A program made the position numbers and the translations under genes. The notes under the pieces were generated by a model, which saw only the letters and a program-made list of their open reading frames with translations, was not told the DNA's origin and searched no databases. DNA of 63,703 bases, counting the filler, from Olpidium bornovanus S191 (taxonomy: Eukaryota > Fungi > Olpidiomycota): assembly GCA_017911155.1 (NCBI GenBank). It is 27 parts of 27 records of this genome, joined end to end, with 100 filler letters (N's around TTAATTAATTAA, not from the genome) between each part and the next. Parts side by side here need not be neighbours in the genome. Positions count along the whole stretch, not along the records: positions 1 to 4,146 come from JAEFCI010005067.1; positions 4,247 to 6,239 come from JAEFCI010004313.1; positions 6,340 to 7,422 come from JAEFCI010005972.1; positions 7,523 to 9,171 come from JAEFCI010008302.1; positions 9,272 to 11,616 come from JAEFCI010011539.1; 22 more parts are not named here. One strand, written 5' to 3'. Shown here piece after piece: positions 1 to 9,883 of the stretch (the first letter of the stretch is position 1; each line of letters starts with the position of its first letter).

Positions 1-272
1 CATGGACAGCGCTATTATTGTGTTTTTTTTCTTTTTCGTTCTTTTACTTGCCAATCCCGACTGGGCCAGGAACGAGTTGGCTGATATTGAGAAAAATGCG
101 GAATTCACCTCCTTGCGGCGGTGGAGGCCGGCATCACTTTTGAGGGAAAACATTGTCTGGGAACTCTTGCCCCGCGAACCCCGGCGAATCTGAACCCCCG
201 ATCAACGATCCGTTGCAGAAAATCAAAATCCCACTGTTGTGTGTTGGTTCGTCGCCCTAAATTCCCGGTAAA

Positions 273-455
273 ATGAAGGTCGCCGTCATCATCGGCCTTG
301 CCGTCGCCATTCTCGCCGAGGTCGCCTGCGCGGAGCCCAACCCCGATCCTGCCCCGGCTCCCGCCCCGGAGCCTTTCCCTTCCGGCGGCTACTACGGGAA
401 GGGCAAGGGCTACGGCAAAAAAGGTTTTGGGAAGAAAGGTTTCGGCAAGAAATGA
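273..455 (+). CDS. Small secreted Gly/Lys-rich cationic prepro-peptide (60 aa)
   Basis: Clean ATG..TGA ORF. Hydrophobic signal MKVAVIIGLAVAILAEVACA, X-Pro spacer EPNPDPAPAPAPEPFP, and C-terminal SGGYYGKGKGYGKKGFGKKGFGKK. Third codon positions are C/G-rich, as in the real genes of this window. Confidence 0.8.
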   Translation: MKVAVIIGLAVAILAEVACAEPNPDPAPAPAPEPFPSGGYYGKGKGYGKKGFGKKGFGKK

Positions 456-1793
456 TTCTACGGCATTCTACGGCAAGAAGGGAAAGGGCAAGGGTTTCTA
501 CTGAGTTGCGCGTTTAAGAAGGCTATCGTTTCTACATTAGTGCACGGGATTTGTGTAGTATAGAGAGGGCTCCAGAAAATTTTTTTTATCTCTGGTGAGC
601 TTCGCCTGGAACTTTCTGTCTTCTGTTCTACGGCGAACCACGCCAAAAGCGGGAGGTGACAAACGTGGTTTGAGGCGAGTTAGAAAAGCGCAGCTGGTCG
701 TTTCGTTTGGCGCCAGTTGCTTCATACCGCTGCGCGTTTGATTGTGGGCTTGTAGCGGTCTCCGCTGTGAGGTTGGCGAAGTTGGCTTTATTTCTTTTAA
801 ACAACAACGTTTTGGGTTTCCCGTTGCGCACAACGAAATCAGACGATCCCTGATGCGCAGACCCCGATCTGAGGGCACGTCGTGACTTTGCCAGTCGCCA
901 GGGAAAGGGACGTTTTGCGGTTTGGAAAACTCACCGTTTTCTAGGTCGTCCATCTTCCGAAATGCGCCAAAATCGGCACAGGGGCGTTTTGGTCGGGTAG
1001 ACGCCGCGCAAGCGCAGGGGCGTACGTACCTCGTCCTCCCACGCAGATTTATTTTCGTAAGCAAAAACTTTTCTATTTACTTTCCAATTTAATTTCGGAT
1101 GTTGGAATTGACGCGCGCGCGGATACCGGCTTCACAGCTGTGCCCTTACAACCCATTTTTTCGTTTTTTTTTTTTCTTTTTCATTTTTTTCTTCTTTTTT
1201 TCTTTTTTCTTTTTTTCGATTTTTCTTCTTTTTTTTCGTTCTGGTTTTCGTCCTTTCGTTTTCTCTTTTGCCTTTCTTTTTTTTTCCTTTTTGCTCTTTT
1301 ATTTTTTCTTTTTCTCTTTCTCTTCTTTTCTTTTTCTGATGCTTTTTCCTGTTCTTTCGGTAAGCGCGCGTTCGCGAGCAAGCTTTTTTGTTGCGCAAAT
1401 GGCGGAGCGGCCACGACCGGACCACGTCGGCGCCGGCCAGAACAGGTTACCGCGAGAGCAGCAGCAACTCCGCTTGGGCCGAGCCTTTCTTCCTACGTGG
1501 TAAAAAGCAAGTTCCTTTCCAGGCAGTTCCAGCGCCGATCCCGGGATTATGTGCTGCAATTACAAACGTGTGCTGCACCGCCTTCCACCGCGCCCCCGTG
1601 CCAAGAACGGTTTGTTTGCCCGAGACGGCGACTTGCGGCGGTTTTGTCCGGCACGGGAAAATCGAATCCGCTCCTCAGCAAAAGGGGCGGGGTGGGGGAA
1701 GCAGGGGAGGGGGGGATAGTGGGCCGATTATTTTCAACTGGCTGCGCTCCACGGTCTGTAGTATGCCGCGGCGCCAATTAATACATATGACGC

Positions 1794-1867
1794 GGTCTCT
1801 TAGCTCAGTTGGTTAGAGCGTGGTGCTAATAACGCCAAGGTCACAGGTTCGACCTCTGTAGGGACCA
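1794..1867 (+). tRNA. tRNA-Ile (anticodon AAT, likely IAU)
   Basis: Acceptor GGTCTCT/AGGGACC + A; D arm with A box TAGCTCAGTTGG; anticodon stem TGGTG/CGCCA with loop CT-AAT-AA; T arm ACAGG-TTCGACC-TCTGT; followed by a TTTT terminator. Confidence 0.96.
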
Positions 1868-1920
1868 TTTTAATGACGTTAAGATTCCTGTGTATTTTAG
1901 TTTTTCTTTTGACAACATAT

Positions 1921-1961
1921 TAATAACGTTAAGGTTACAGGTTCGAACCCTGTACGGACCA
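1921..1961 (+). pseudogene. Duplicated 3' half of a tRNA-Ile (anticodon loop to discriminator)
   Basis: TAATAACGTTAAGGTTACAGGTTCGAACCCTGTACGGACCA aligns to 1827-1867, with a perfectly paired T stem (ACAGG/CCTGT). No D arm upstream. Confidence 0.8.
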
Positions 1962-3406
1962 TTTTAAACAGCCTTGTCCTGAACGGAAAGGAGAGATTTG
2001 CGCCGTCAACGGATCCGCGGAAGAAACCGTTCGCCGTCGAAGGAAGTTTCAAAGAGACCCAGAGGGGAAAGCATTCTTCTTCTTGTCTCTCGAGGGCAAA
2101 CCCGGCCCCCGAATTCCGGTGCCAACACGACCGTGTACGGCATCTCCTCCAACAGGTGATTCCACTTGTAGAACCGCGCGTCGATCGCCACCGAGCAGCA
2201 CACGACGCTTTTCCGGCAGCTCCAGCTCCGTGCTCCGCCTCACTTCGAAAGCCTTTAAAACGGTCATCTTCCCGCTTCGGGCTGCCGCTGTCCGACGACC
2301 TCGGACCCGCACCAGGCGAGGCGCCGGTGGAGGACGCCGCTTCTATCGGATTGCCAGCGCTGCAGGCAGCCGCGAGGGAGCGTTTGCGGCGACCGGCGAG
2401 TTGAAGCCGCCGTCGTGCACCGCGCAAGTTCGTCGTCCGAATGCACACTGCACGGCGTACCAGCACCGGAAGACGAGAGAGCGCACCTGCAGTCGTCTGG
2501 AAACCGATGCCAACCGTAGTAGAGGAAGAGGTGGAGGAGCCCGCAGCGACCGACGCCCCGTTGGCCCAGTTGGAGTTAGGCGGGAATGGTCTCGCCCGAG
2601 GAGGCCGCGGGCGGTGGGCGGTGACAGGATGCTTTTGGAGTGGTTACAGGGCGTCAAAACGTCCGCACAGCTCGATAAGCTTTACGTGGACAGGGGGCGT
2701 ACCACTGACAGCGACGACTGCTGGAAATTCCCCCTTTCGTCGGAAGTTTAGGGGAAACACACGGGACACACCCCTGTCTGCGGCACCCCAGACCAAAGTA
2801 AGGAGACAGTGGACGCGGACCGGGAAATGAGGACGTAGTGAGAGACATATATGCTAAATCTAGAATAGAAACGTAGAGTCATCTGGCCTCCAGCATTCCC
2901 ACAATCCTCCCAAGGAATATCTAATAGAAACCTCCAGGAGCATCGCTCCTTGCGACATAAGCCAAACTTCCATGATACTCAAATAGTTTACAAACATCTA
3001 CTGTACAAAAACCGTTGCGCTAATGTCCGAAGAACCGGCAGTCAACTGCAACAGCAGGCAACAAAAAATGGTCGATCTGCTTTGAATGTCTTCATCTAGA
3101 TGTGCAGGAGCTAGCGAAGAGGGAGATTGCTGCATGGCTGGAAAGGCACGCCGCTGGGATTGAGTTGTTTTCAAAGAGAATGGCTACAAAGCGAAAGGCT
3201 GTCTAGAGGGAGGACGAAGGCTATGATGATCTTGCAGTTCAAATCTGGAAGGAGAGCAACGCGTGCCGGGTATTTTCAAACGGAGGCTGCCAAACACCGC
3301 TGCTCACGCCGTGGCCTCTCCCTGTTTCCCCTCCAAAATAAAAAGAAAACAAAGGGATAAAAGAAGAGAAGCCACGTGATGTCAGAACCACTCAAAAAAG
3401 AACAAT

Positions 3407-3478
3407 TAGCAACGCCTAGTTTCGATCTAGGGACATTTGGGTTATGAGCCCAACGGACTGCCACTGTCCCACGTTGCT
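3407..3478 (-). tRNA. Initiator tRNA-Met (CAT)
   Basis: Reverse complement is AGCAACG TG GGAC AGTGGCA GTCC G TTGGG CTCATAA CCCAA ATGTC CCTAG ATCGAAA CTAGG CGTTGCT A. It has the A1:T72 pair, three G:C pairs in the anticodon stem and the ATCGAAA T loop, all eukaryotic initiator hallmarks. Confidence 0.97.
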
Positions 3479-4146
3479 CCTTTTGTTTTCGACAAACTGC
3501 CGTTTCTGTCCATTATAAAACACATTTAAAGGTTGGTTTCAGAAAGCCGTTGGCAAAAGGCAAGGGTGCGCTGGTCGTTAGCACACCCTAAATCACGTGA
3601 CTTCCTATAGTATATCCCGCGCCCACCGCCCCCCCTCCGCCCTCAACCGCCGTCGCGTCACCAGACGATCCATGGCGTGCCGCACCCATATCTCAAAGAT
3701 CACCCCGGCGATCACTGGGTAGAGCCAGAACAGGTGCGGCGCGTGCCGCGAGGGGAATTTCAGGAAGGGCAAACAGGTTCGGATCAAAATGATCATCCGC
3801 AACATCATGCGAGCTCCAGAACACTCTTTGAAGGCTCAACTTTCCCGCCTTTCCTGTCCGGCGGAACATTTGGTGGAAAGTTACCGGCGCAGTGTTTCAG
3901 ACACTACAGTTCGGAGGGGGCCCTGCTGGACAGCACCAGCAAATTCGACAACTGTGAGGGCCTGAGCGGTTATTCAGTCACTGGCGCGAGGTTACCTAGC
4001 CTGTTTGCGACTCGCTTAAAAAACCCATGAGAACTGCCCCTCCTAACTAATGGGGCCCCTCTTTCCGCGTGGGGTTCGCGTTCCTACTTTTTTGTTTACG
4101 GCGCTTCAGTCGTTCCACTCCCTGCGCCGCAAACGTGGTGCGCAGG

Positions 4147-4246
4147 NNNNNNNNNNNNNNNNNNNNNNNNNNNNNNNNNNNNNNNNNNNNTTAATTAATT
4201 AANNNNNNNNNNNNNNNNNNNNNNNNNNNNNNNNNNNNNNNNNNNN
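4147..4246. other. Artificial contig-joining spacer (first of 26): 44 N + TTAATTAATTAA + 44 N
   Basis: Identical 100-bp block with stops in all six frames. Spacers start at 4147, 6240, 7423, 9172, 11617, 15159, 17498, 19097, 20252, 21843, 23437, 24920, 26578, 29416, 33333, 36553, 39657, 42849, 44969, 47268, 49611, 54567, 57394, 59009, 61340 and 62530. Confidence 0.99.
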
Positions 4247-5411
4247 CATGGGCTTGCCCGGAATTTATCCAAAAACGGCCGGAAGATACAATGGGGTCAA
4301 CTTCGTCGTCGATCCTGGTGCACAGATGAGGGATGTGGACGCTGCCCAACAGGGCTCGCGATGGTCGGCCGGCTTTTGTGGCCCTGTTGTATGTCTAGCG
4401 AGCGCTTTGTCGGGGCGGGGCTGGAAGCGGGGCAGGGAAATGCCACCGATCTGAAAATTCCCCTCAGAAATGTGACCGGCGCTCGACTTTGACCTGGGTG
4501 CGGAAACGCAGGAAGCGGGCGGACGCGCATGCAAAACGTCGGTTCCCTCCAAGATAACCGACTCCGACAGCAGCCGCGGCCACTGAAGGTGCAGCTGCGC
4601 CTTAACTCGGATACCTAGGTCGGCTGTGTCCTAAAACTTCTTTCATCAGCTGCTGATATCAACGTACGCATCGGAACTCGGGTGCGGAGGTTGGGGACCC
4701 CAGAGAGATGAGTACTCTTTGGGACTTGTGTTGCGCATTTCCCCCCCCCCTCCCTCATATCCCTGCCGATGTGGAAGAGCGTGGGGCTAAGCCTCGATGA
4801 AAATCTCTGTGATGGCCTGCGGCTCGGCAATCTCCGAGTTGGAAAATGTCAGTAGTTATCCCCGGGAAAACCTGGTCCCCATGTTGCTCAGCAAGGGCAG
4901 TGTCAAAGTCGACGTTCATTTGCCGCATGTCCTGTCCCATGCAGGTGTCAAAGACCTGCGGAAGATCGTAGTCGTCGTTCGTCGTCGTCTTCCTCCGGGT
5001 TTCTTTGTCACGATAAATCACGTGACGAGCTATAACACTGCGAATTCTTCAGAAGGCATAAACGCCCGCAGACGCCCCTCTACCCCTCTTCGCGCCAAAA
5101 CGGAAACAAAAAAAAAAAAAATATTGCGCCGTCGGTGGACGCGGGTGGGCCGCGGCGGAGGGGGAGTGGCGGCCCGGCAAACGCGGTGAGAAGCGGGAAC
5201 AAGAAAGGCGGATCTGCCGCCGGGCCGCGGCGACCCTTGCAACGCTGTTCACTCTCCCTGCGGCCGTCGCAGAAGTTCTCGCCAGGCTCCAGTTTCCGAC
5301 GTTGTTGGTGCTGCGCCCCGGGGCACGGAGGTCTCGTGCAAGAAGCACGTTGCGGCCGTGTGCGTGGCCCTGCGCGGCGCGCCGGAGGGGCGCGGCTTCT
5401 TCGGTGCTATC

Positions 5412-6138
5412 ATGCACTCGCTAAGCTCCACAAAGGCCGCCGCCGCTTCCCGTGCGAAAGTGGCGGCTGTGCCGCGACCGCCGGACGCCACCGACCCGCT
5501 GACACAGCTGCGAAAACTTCAGCAGCAGCAGCAGCAGCAGCAGGGGCTGGGGTTGGGGCTGGGGCAGCGCGCACAGCAGCACCTTCAGCGACGTCTGCGG
5601 AGTCTACGTGACCGGGGGAGCTCGAAGGCCCCGTCGCAGCCGCGGCCGTTGGAACTGCTCTCTGTGGCCGGAAGGAAGACGGTTTGGGAGGAGCCAAAAC
5701 CTTCCGGCGCTTGCCGGTGGGTTGACGAGTTCGAGAAGTTGAACGAGGTTGGGAAGGGGGCGTACGGAGTTGTATAGTAAGTGTGCCCTTCGCGCTTCCA
5801 AGTAGACACAGGCGTCGGGCAGAACGCGGGCGCTCCGGCGGGAATATGACGAAGTTGACGGCCACGGCCACCGGCAACGCGTCTGTTTTGGTCGGCTTCG
5901 ACACCGCCTCCGCGTGCCGACGCGACGCCAAAGCCGCGCTCGCGACACGAAAGACGGGACGGTCGTGGCTCTGAAGAAAGTCATTTTCGACCAGGAGCAG
6001 GAGGGCTACCCCATGACGAGCCTCCGAGAGATAATGCTATTGTCTGAGTTGCGTCACGAGAACGTCGTGACCGTCCTGGACGTGGTGGTTGGACGCAACC
6101 TGCGCGACTTTTTCGTAGTCATGGAATACTGCGAGCAC
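5412..6138 (+). CDS. CDK10/CDK11-like cyclin-dependent kinase, 5' part (3'-truncated by contig end)
   Basis: Exon 5412-5776, GT..AG intron 5777-5933, exon 5934-6138. Joined: [39 protein letters not shown]...GYPMTSLREIMLL...HENVV...VVVGRNLRDFFVVMEYCEH. The PxTSLRE helix and VVVG.N motif fit the CDK10/11 family. Confidence 0.88.
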
Positions 6139-7522
6139 GTACGTCACAAAAGTGTTTACCCCGCCCTTCTGAGATTCGGGGCCCCGCTTGAAGCGTGCGG
6201 CGGACTAATAACGCGTTCCGAACTACCCGCTCGTGTTAGNNNNNNNNNNNNNNNNNNNNNNNNNNNNNNNNNNNNNNNNNNNNTTAATTAATTAANNNNN
6301 NNNNNNNNNNNNNNNNNNNNNNNNNNNNNNNNNNNNNNNCATGATGCCCTTCAAAGAGGAGAACGTTGGAGCTCACGAAGCCTATTTTGACCGTGCCCAG
6401 AAACATAGAACAACCAAGTCCTATTAGATATCATCGTCTCCCGTCCAGAAGGGAGGAAAAATAATTTTCGTCAAGGCACTTTTCTAAGGTCGAACGACGA
6501 TTCGCCCCAACGTTTTCTCGACCGCATCCTTTCCCAAGAGTAAAGAAATATCCCCATTCTGCGCCGCCGCCTGCGTTCGCCAAGACCGTTATTTTCGGAC
6601 GCCATCGGATCACGCTCTGCCTTTCGTGGGCAGCAACTGATTCGTGGCCCGCGAAATTTCTACAGCGCGAGAAACTTGCCGCAGATACAATGTCTGCTGC
6701 TTGTTTTTTTCCTTTTGATTTTTACAGCGCATCCGCTGTCGGGGATCCCGGCACGAGAGAACCGGCAGCGTTTTGATGGACAAAAAAAGGAAAAAGAGGG
6801 AGAAAACGGAAAAAATAAAAATCAAAAATAAAAAAGGAAAAAAAAAGAAAAACGAAAAAAAGAAGGAAAAGAACGAAAAAAAAAAACGAAACCGTATTAT
6901 ACCACGCCTTTTCCCTTTCCACCGTTTCGTACCATCTCCCGATAATCTGTCTCGGTGACTTCTTCCGCTTCGCATTTTCGCATATTTCCCTACCAAATTC
7001 TCTTTCTCCATTATTTTTTGTTTGCTTTTTTTTTTCCTCCGACGAGGCCGTGCGCATTTTTTCCGCTTAATTGTAGGGGAGGGATCCGGTTTGACGCGGT
7101 AAACCATCTCCGCAAAGGTATATTCGCTAGGCCAAAATCCCCTCTTCGCCACCCAGCACGAATGGTACCTGTCCGAAGGTCGAGTCTTTCACAGGCAAAT
7201 AGAGTTGGTTACCGGCGATCGACCGGCTCTGCGCATCTGTGCTTGCGGTTTCTTGTTCTCCTCCCCATCCCCCGCCCCCGTTCGACCTCCGCGAACCCCC
7301 TCCCCACTACTCGACATCGGGCATTTAGTCGGCAGAACCATAGAGCAATGGGAGAAAGAGAATCAAGTATCGCCGAGGCCGAAGGCCACATGCATTCGCT
7401 GTAGATAAAAAAAAAAAAAAAGNNNNNNNNNNNNNNNNNNNNNNNNNNNNNNNNNNNNNNNNNNNNTTAATTAATTAANNNNNNNNNNNNNNNNNNNNNN
7501 NNNNNNNNNNNNNNNNNNNNNN

Positions 7523-7617
<95 letters not shown>
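7523..7617. repeat. Poly-G tract at contig edge
   Basis: About 95 nt of near-pure G. A matching poly-C tract lies at ~42720-42838. Lengths are probably unreliable. Confidence 0.9.
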
Positions 7618-7813
7618 CGGGAACGCCCGGGCACGCGCAAGTGCGCGCGCTCGCGCGTGTGCGGGAGTGGTATAATCAGGGCGCGGGCGCGCGCGGATGA
7701 TGCGGGGGAGGGAGATAAAAAGGATGAGTGGGGGGGGGGAAGGGGAAAGGAAAGAGCTAGGGGGGGGGGAAAGGGGGAAGGGGGAAGAGAGAGAGAGAGA
7801 GAGAGGGATGGCG

Positions 7814-7986
7814 GTGGGCGTAGCAGGGGGACGAAAAAAAAAAAAAATAAGAAACTTGCGTTCGCTTTCTCGAAAAGCAAAAGGCGAAAAAGCAAAGGGG
7901 TGGGGCGTAGCAGGGGGACGAAAAAAAAAAAATAAGAAACTTGCGTTCGCTTTCTCGAAAAGCAAAGGGCGAAAAAGCAAAGGGGG
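7814..7986 (+). repeat. Tandem duplication of ~86 bp, 2 copies
   Basis: GGGCGTAGCAGGGGGACGA(n)TAAGAAACTTGCGTTCGCTTTCTCGAAAAGCAAA.GGCGAAAAAGCAAAGGGG occurs at ~7814 and ~7900. Confidence 0.85.
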
Positions 7987-8207
7987 GGGAGGGCGGGATT
8001 TTTTCTTTTTCCTTTTCCACCTTCGTCGCTGCGCCCGATTGAAAGGGCGGGGGCCGGCCGGCGGGTCGTTTTTTCTTTTCCGCGCGCGTGCGCCCGCGAC
8101 TTTTCGCTTTCTCTGTCTCTCGCTCTCTCTCTTTTTCTCCCGCTCTTTCGCTTTCTTTTTATTTTTTTTTTGTTTTTTCTTTTTGTTTTTTTTTTTTTTT
8201 TTGCCCT

Positions 8208-8982
8208 TTAGTCCTCGATCCGGCTGTCCTCGTCGACGCAGTGCATTGGGAACACGCCGCGCGTCATTCCCCGGGAGATGTTCACGGCGGAGCACCAGCC
8301 GTCGTCAAACCTTGACGAGGCGAAGTTGGGCAGGGCGGGTGTGGGAAGGGAAGGGGAGAGTGTGAAGAAATGAGCCGCCGGGCCGGTGGGGGGAGGGTGG
8401 CAATCACTTCTAGAAAAAAAAAAAAAACTTACTCCTGGAAGATCTCCACGATGTCTCCCGGCTGGATGACGATCTCGTCGTCCAGGGTCGGGGTGTAGGT
8501 GGAAATGACCAAATACTTTCCGAGCGAGCCCTCGATGTTCGGCGGCCCGGGCATCGGCGGGGCCGGCGACGAGAGGCCGTGGGCGTACGACATGCGCGAG
8601 CCGGCGCCGAACTGCGACGACGTCCGCTGCGACACCGTGCCGCCCCCGACGGCGACCTGAGCGGGGACGGAGAGGCCGCCGCCGCTGCCGATGGTCCCGG
8701 CGGGGGAGCCGGGGCCGCCCGGGCTCTGGGGCGCCGACGACATCTCCTTGTAACTCGGCATCGGGTCCTCGATGCTGACATTTTGCTTCTTCTTGCCCCC
8801 CGCCGCCGCCGCCCCCGCTGCCGCCTTCCGCCGCCGGATGAAGAAGAAGACGGCCGCGGGGATCGCCAGCACGAGGAAGGCGCCGATTCCGAACACGGCG
8901 GCCTTGGGGAGGCCGAAGATGGTGCCGGAGAAGAAGGACGAAGGGGCGGCACCCGTCTCGTTCGCGACGTTGCCGGTGGGGC
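8208..8982 (-). CDS. Single-pass membrane protein with C-terminal SH3 domain (3' part)
   Basis: TM segment AAVFGIGAFLVLAIPAAVFFFI followed by RRRK. SH3 YLVISTYTPTLDDEIVIQPGDIVEIFQE|FDDGWCSAVN...GVFPMHCV is split by a GT-AG intron at 8311-8432. Stop at 8208-8210. Confidence 0.85.
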
Positions 8983-9883
8983 CTTGTTTTTTGGATTTTT
9001 ATTTTTATTTTTTGTTTTGTTTCGGAGGGCGGCGATTGTGCGGCCGGCCAGGGGCGGCGGCGGCGGCGTAAGGTGGGGAATGTCAGCGGAAAAAAGAAAA
9101 AAAAAAAAGCGAAAGAAAAAAAAAAAAAAAAGAGAAAAAAAAACAAAAAAAAAAAAAACACCCCCCCGGGANNNNNNNNNNNNNNNNNNNNNNNNNNNNN
9201 NNNNNNNNNNNNNNNTTAATTAATTAANNNNNNNNNNNNNNNNNNNNNNNNNNNNNNNNNNNNNNNNNNNNCATGACTACATTGCAAGATTGGCCGCGTC
9301 AGCGTTGACACGCCGTGTACCAACCTGCAGCAGGGTCAAAAATTGATGTTCCGGAAGGCAAAACGCTCTTTTCCGCGAAAGGCGGTTCACTGGGGCAAGA
9401 TCAGTGGTGATGGGCGAATGCTCGACGTTTTCCTTTTCTAATCTTGCTTGCCAGGTACCCGTGCAAATGGTGCAATTCTGGCGCAAATGGCTATCCCGTG
9501 GCCTACGCCAACTCCGCCTTCAAAACTTCAAAATTTTTTTGAAACTGATGCCCAAACAAGATTAATCGTGTTTGCCTAGTTCTAGCTATTAAGACGCATT
9601 CTGGAGAAAAATATTTGAGAATGCGAAATTTGATAAGGATTAGTAAATGTTCGTGTTTTCGCCGGAGCCGCGTCGATGCCGCGGAATAATTCTCAGGCGT
9701 ACGTGAACCATTCCAACAGACGATCCCCCTGCCAAACCTGTAGTCCCGCACGTGCCTAATCTGAGGGTCAACCTGGCTCTACGTCTGGGCTGGAGTGCAG
9801 CAAGGCGCAGCAAATAAACCAAAAATCAAAGCGGCTTCCGTATAATCTGAAAAAAAAAGAGGAGACGAAAAAATGGAGCGTCT

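Noticed and set aside
1753-1761. GGTCTGT could pair with ACGGACC of the orphan 3' half, suggesting a nested or split tRNA
   Set aside because: No D arm or A box follows it, and a 7-nt match with a G:U pair next to a related tRNA is easily chance.
1099-1781. Long Phe-rich and Lys-rich ORFs (also at 6610-7152, 7467-8365, 11947-13127, 28312-29467, 31825-33219 and 59133-60379)
   Set aside because: These are translations of poly-T/A, (GA)n and poly-C/G tracts, or antisense shadows of real GC-rich genes, with no domain content.
2860-3330. Protein-like but stop-interrupted stretch between the two tRNA genes
   Set aside because: It may be a decayed transposon, but I cannot match any diagnostic motif.
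4191-4202. Regularly recurring TTAATTAATTAA palindrome as a biological repeat or CRISPR-like array
   Set aside because: It is always centred in exactly 88 Ns; it is a synthetic six-frame stop linker. No CRISPR array or cas gene is seen.
7100-7152. GFWPSEYTFAEMV resembling a PPR motif
   Set aside because: It is a single short match with no second repeat or supporting exon structure.
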